Origin: Octopus bimaculoides | Taxonomy: Eukaryota | DNA length: 41,144 nucleotides | Reading direction: 5' to 3' | NCBI RefSeq assembly: GCF_001194135.2 | Contig: NC_068987.1 | Location: 77,752,751 to 77,793,894 of the forward strand | In this document: positions 36,553 through 41,144 of the stretch, piece after piece | Layout of the letters: each line of letters begins with the position of its first letter | Numbering within the stretch: the first letter of the stretch is position 1 | Notes under the pieces: model-generated | Told to the model about the DNA's origin: nothing | The model's database searches: none | Seen by the model: the letters and a program-made list of their open reading frames with translations, nothing else | Position numbers and translations under genes: made by a program

Positions 36553-36969
36553 TAAATCCCCAATTGATGTCTGTATAAAGTTATATTCAACATATTTGCA
36601 ATGGCTTCATTTCATAACAACACGCATAAGGCATCTTACAGCCGATTATTTAACCCTTTGTCTATCTTCTAGATCACGTGATATACAGGTCATAATTTCC
36701 TGGCGTCCGTGTATCACTAATGATACCCATTCCAATTTTTTCAACCAGAGTAACTTGGGACGTATGATAGGAAAATCTTATATTACTCAAAACGTATGAT
36801 AACAAGGTTAATCAAAATTCTGAAAACAATATGGAAGTTTGGACAAACTAATGAAAATGATTCGTACAGGAAAATGATTAATGTACCATCCTATCAAATC
36901 GCTTAGATATCATTTCATATCCATGTGAAGACTTTTAACCCCTAAAGTAAACTCCCTCAGTTCAGCTAA

Positions 36970-37355
36970 TTGTTGTTGGCACTCCGTCGCTTACGACGTC
37001 GAGGGTTCCAGTTCATCCGATCAACGGAACAGCCTGCTCGTGAAATTAACGTGCAAGTGGTTGACCACTCTACATACACGTGTACCCTTAACGCAGTTCT
37101 CGGGGATATTCAGCGTGACACAGTATGACAAGTCTGACCCTTTGAATTATAGGCACAACAGAAACAGGAAGTAAGAGTGAGAGAAAGTTGTGGTGAAAGA
37201 CTACAGCAAGGTTCGCCACCATCCCCTGCCGGAGCCTCGTGAAGCTTTAGGTGTTTTCGCTCAATAAACACTCACAACGCCCGGTCTGGGAATCGAAACC
37301 GCGATCCTATGACCGCGAATCCGCTGCCCTAACCACTGGGCCATAGCGCCTCAAC
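36970..37355 (-). mobile_element. SINE family A, full length, TSD tcagctaa
   Basis: TSD at 36962-36969 and 37356-37363. Confidence 0.96.
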
Positions 37356-38059
37356 TCAGCTAAGTAAGAACCAAAATACACTACTGCGATCGGAGGGACT
37401 ACTTGATCGCTGAGAAATGTTTCGTTAAGTCAGTGTTGAGCTTACATAGACAAAAAAGCTGTAGAATATTTTGCCAATGCATTAATTGTAAGCGCGTACG
37501 GGTTCTTCTATCCATTACGATGAATGACGTGTGCAATATGAATGAAAAATGCTCAACGCAATAGTGTTAACACATTTCATTTATTTAGTGATAATTGAAT
37601 ATATTTTCTTGAATTCGAATTTTGAAATAGATGGCACAAGAATATAGATCGTTAAATGACTTAGGATCAGAATGATAATGGTAAAGCAGATAATGTAACA
37701 AACAACCAGTTTTGAGTTCGTTGCCATCTTACTCAAAATTCTAATTCGCATTGTAATGAATAAACAATTCAGTGCAGGAACAATCCATTTACTCTCACCT
37801 AAACGTTTCAATTGTTATATTAATATAACAAACAATATGCATGCAAATAAGTTTCTATCTTTATGTCACAGTTACACTTTGCCTGATCGAAATATTCGAA
37901 GTAGCGCGCAAGCAGCAGGGTGAACTTCTAGGTTGAGATTCAAAGATTTATTGTCCCTCGTTAATGACTGATGACTGTACAATCCGACATGTAACACTTA
38001 ACTGAATTTGTATGAGTATATGTAGAAGTGAGTATTAATGGAGGGACTGAGCAGCATTG

Positions 38060-38385
38060 CCAGTTGGCATTTGGCATTCGCTCAACTGTTCAATTTATTT
38101 CCCTGCGTTTGCAGTGCTAATTTCTTCAATTTCTGGGATACCTCTTGCCACAGTCAACAGAGTGATTGTACAATTCATCAGTGAAAGAAAGCAACAGTGT
38201 CCGCTCAAGTCGACTTGGGTCCTCTGGCAGGTGTCTTCTGGCTGTCAAGTGGATTGTTGCGAATAATCCATGTTGCAAGACAACTTATGTTGCAGAGAAT
38301 CTCTAAATGAATTGGAATACTTCTATGAGGTATCTACATCAACTTGGCTACTGAAGCACCAGATAAGATGGTATAAAGAGGGTTG
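38060..38385 (+). pseudogene. Tc1-like transposase N-terminal (paired HTH) relic
   Basis: ISSISGIPLATVNRVI and, in a shifted frame, VKWIVANNPCCKTTYVAENL*...MRYLHQLGY. Confidence 0.55.
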
Positions 38386-38867
38386 TCTATTTTCGAGATA
38401 ACTGTGTGTGTATATATATATATATATNNNNNNNNNNNNNNNNNNNNNNNNNNNNNNNNNNNNNNNNNNNNNNNNNNNNNNNNNNNNNNNNNNNNNNNNN
38501 NNNNNNNNNNNNNNNNNNNNNNNNNNNNNNNNNNNNNNNNNNNNNNNNNNNNNNNNNNNNNNNNNNNNNNNNNNNNNNNNNNNNNNNNNNNNNNNNNNNN
38601 NNNNNNNNNNNNNNNNNNNNNNNNNNNNNNNNNNNNNNNNNNNNNNNNNNNNNNNNNNNNNNNNNNNNNNNNNNNNNNNNNNNNNNNNNNNNNNNNNNNN
38701 NNNNNNNNNNNNNNNNNNNNNNNNNNNNNNNNNNNNNNNNNNATATATATATGTTTTACTCAAATGATTTCGCTAAGGCGTAGCGATAATAATATTGTTA
38801 GAATATTGGCCTTACAAACCTTTCGACCAATAACGCATTATGTATATATGTATGTATGTCATTATTC

Positions 38868-39239
38868 GTGGAGGCGCAATGGCCCAGTGGTTAGCGTAGC
38901 GGACTCTCAGTCGTAGGATCGCGGTTTCGATTCCCAGACTGGGCATTTATGAGTGTTTATTGAGAGAAAACACCTAAAGCTCCACGAGGTTCCGGCAGGG
39001 GATGGTGGCGAACTCTGCTGTACTCTTTCACCACAACTTTCTCTCACTCTTATTTCCTGTTTCTGTTGTGCCTGTAATTCAAAGGGCCAGCCTTGTCACA
39101 CTCTGTGTCACGCTGAATATCCCCGAAAACTACGTGTCTATGGAGTGCTCAGCCACTTGCACGTTAATTTTACGAGCAGGCTGTTCCGTTGATCGGATCA
39201 ACTGGAAGCCACGTCGTCGTAACCGACGGAGTACAAACC
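38868..39239 (+). mobile_element. SINE family A, full length, 12-bp TSD with one mismatch
   Basis: atgtcattattc (38856-38867) and atgccattattc (39240-39251). Confidence 0.96.
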
Positions 39240-39244
39240 ATGCC

Positions 39245-40000
39245 ATTATTCAGTTTTATTTTAAGACTTGTTGCCAATAGAAAAAGAGCCGGTTTCTAAT
39301 CTAAATCGAAGACTCCAAGCATACACTGTTTGTATGCATGCATACAAACAGGGTATGTTTGTATGCCTGTATGTATGTATGTATGAACGTACGTACGTAC
39401 GTATGTATATGTGCAGATTCGTATGTTTTTTTTTTGTATGGCTTCTCATGAGTATTCTTGTATATTTAGACATGCTCATATATACTTAAATGATAAACTT
39501 CTGGAAAGTTTTACAGATTTCTACGGTTCCAGTGATGGTTTGGATCTGAAGTCTTCAAATTAGCTTTCTCCTTTCTGGTTTTGAGAAACCTAATTTCTCA
39601 AGATTGGTATTTAGGCAGTATGTTACTTATCCCAGTGCCCTAATAATTACAGGTATAAACCTGAACTTGTAATCTGAATCGAGTAACTGCAGATTTCTCA
39701 ATAGTTCAGCGTAGGTATTCTCTTTCGTACTGATCTTCAGCTTTATGTTAACATCTGCTGAGCAGCTGATTTCTACAACTGTACGCTTTCTCTTCTCTAT
39801 CTCAAATCATTGTATCAAGTCTATTGTATTTACATTTTATTGAAGGTTTCAGTGGGACATTCCATCAGTACTCCTTTTTATTATGAGTGGCTATGGCTTC
39901 CACCATACTTTGGGTTCTTATTTTTTTGTCCTTGGGGTTATCCTTTCGACGGATCTCGTTATACAGTGTCCTAGCTACAACATCATGTCTCATCGGTAGA
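39245..40000 (-). pseudogene. R4/Dong-like RLE domain (about 39486-40000) plus 3' UTR
   Basis: Minus-strand MRHDVVARTLY (RHD at 39982-39990), WNVPLK..CKYNRLD, VEISCSAD.N..LK..KENTY.ELLRNLQ, FIPVIIRALG, TITGTVEICKTFQKFII*. Confidence 0.88.
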
Positions 40001-40224
40001 TGGGCATGGGGAGGGTTGGTGTCTCTAGGGAGCGGTTGGGGTAGAGTGGGTGTGGGTGAGGGCTGGGTGGGTATGGGTTGGGATCTTCCTTTACCACAAG
40101 TGTTTTCCTCCTTTTTTTCTTTTCTTTCCTGCTATCTCCCAGTTGGTGCTTGTCTCCTCTTCTTCGATGCTGGTACTCTGTAGTGCCATATCTCTTACTT
40201 TTTCCTCTACGGGCTGTGGATCAC

Positions 40225-40383
40225 CTACCACTTTCTCATATACGACTGGTGTCTGTCATTTTTCGTCTACCAAATCCACTCACAAAGTTTTAGTCGGCAC
40301 AGAGCAATAATAAAAATCACTTGCCTAAGACGCCAGGCAGTGAAACTGAACCGGGAAACCTGTGGTTTGGAAGTAAATTTCCT
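40225..40383 (-). mobile_element. 5' part of a family C SINE, head truncated
   Basis: Minus strand ...cccggttcagtttcactgc...ttaggcaagtg...gtgagtggatttggtagacg. Confidence 0.8.
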
Positions 40384-40384
40384 T

Positions 40385-40690
40385 CCGGGCGTTGTGAGTG
40401 TTTATTGAGCGAAAGCACCTAAAGCTCCACGAGGCTCCGGCAGGGGATGGTGGCGAACCTTGCTGTACTCTTTCACCACAACTTTCTCTCACTCTTTCTT
40501 CCTGTTTCTGTTGTACCTGTATTTCAAAGGGCCAGTCTTGTCACACTCTGTGTCACACTGAATCTACCCGAGAACAACGTTAAGGGTACACGTGTCTGTG
40601 GAGTGCTCAGCACGTTAATTTCACGAGCAAACTGTTCCGTTGATCGGATCAACTGGAACCCTCGTCGTCGTAACCGACAGAGTGCCGACA
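40385..40690 (+). mobile_element. 5'-truncated SINE family A
   Basis: Starts at ccgggcgttgtgagtg and ends at accgacagagtgccgaca. Confidence 0.93.
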
Positions 40691-40722
40691 TGTTAGACTG
40701 TCATATGTTCAAATTTGACCAA

Positions 40723-40852
40723 ATGCTTTTTTTTCAATATCTATTTTTGCTTATAATAGTCAGTTCTTTTGGTGAAACTATCGTACCTCCAGTTGCATCA
40801 GATGCCAAAATATCAAAAATTGTCAAATTATCAATAAGTGGAAATTTTACCG
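40723..40852 (+). CDS. Candidate first coding exon of a secreted or membrane protein (unverified)
   Basis: ccaaATG start; MLFFQYLFLLIIVSSFG looks like a signal peptide; NFT sequon; donor ACCG|GTGAGT in phase 1. No homology recognised. Confidence 0.3.
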
Positions 40853-41144
40853 GTGAGTGCGTTAAATTATAAGACACAAAAAGAAAATGACTCTCCCCAG
40901 ACACAACATGTCAAATTATAGTTCAATGGTTTTATTATGGAATGGTGAAACTATTTTTTCGATTTCTGAAAAAGCAACGTTTTGGACATACGACACTTTT
41001 GCATAGCAGCAATGACTTAAAGTCTTTCGTGAATGTACGCAAACTTGGTCGGAGCAGCTATTCCAGAAAATGCACCGACTGTTTAACGTCTTGAGTATGA
41101 TATACATGTTTCATAGCTATACAACAAAGGAAATATAATATATA

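Overview
AT-rich eukaryotic DNA from a short-read draft assembly with 12 N-gaps (about 4.3 kb in total). The tRNA-derived SINE families and dense compound microsatellites point to a cephalopod, most likely Octopus; this is inference, not a database result. No intact, recognisable host gene, rRNA, tRNA or CRISPR array is present, and most ORF-track entries are microsatellite, N-gap or SINE artefacts. The window is a transposon graveyard. It holds about 25 copies or fragments of three tRNA-headed SINE families (my labels A, B, C). Non-LTR relics are two Penelope-like fragments (RT; thumb plus GIY-YIG), three R4/Dong-like pieces, one HERO/NeSL-like endonuclease piece and one Tx1/L1 piece. There are also three Tc1/mariner relics. 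The most interesting signals are: (1) a minimal hammerhead-ribozyme-like motif at the 3' end of the Penelope element; (2) SINE tail/module swapping; (3) SINE-A copies repeatedly nested in R4/Dong relics; (4) a candidate signal-peptide first exon directly behind a SINE at the window end. I see no evidence for a wholly new multi-gene system.
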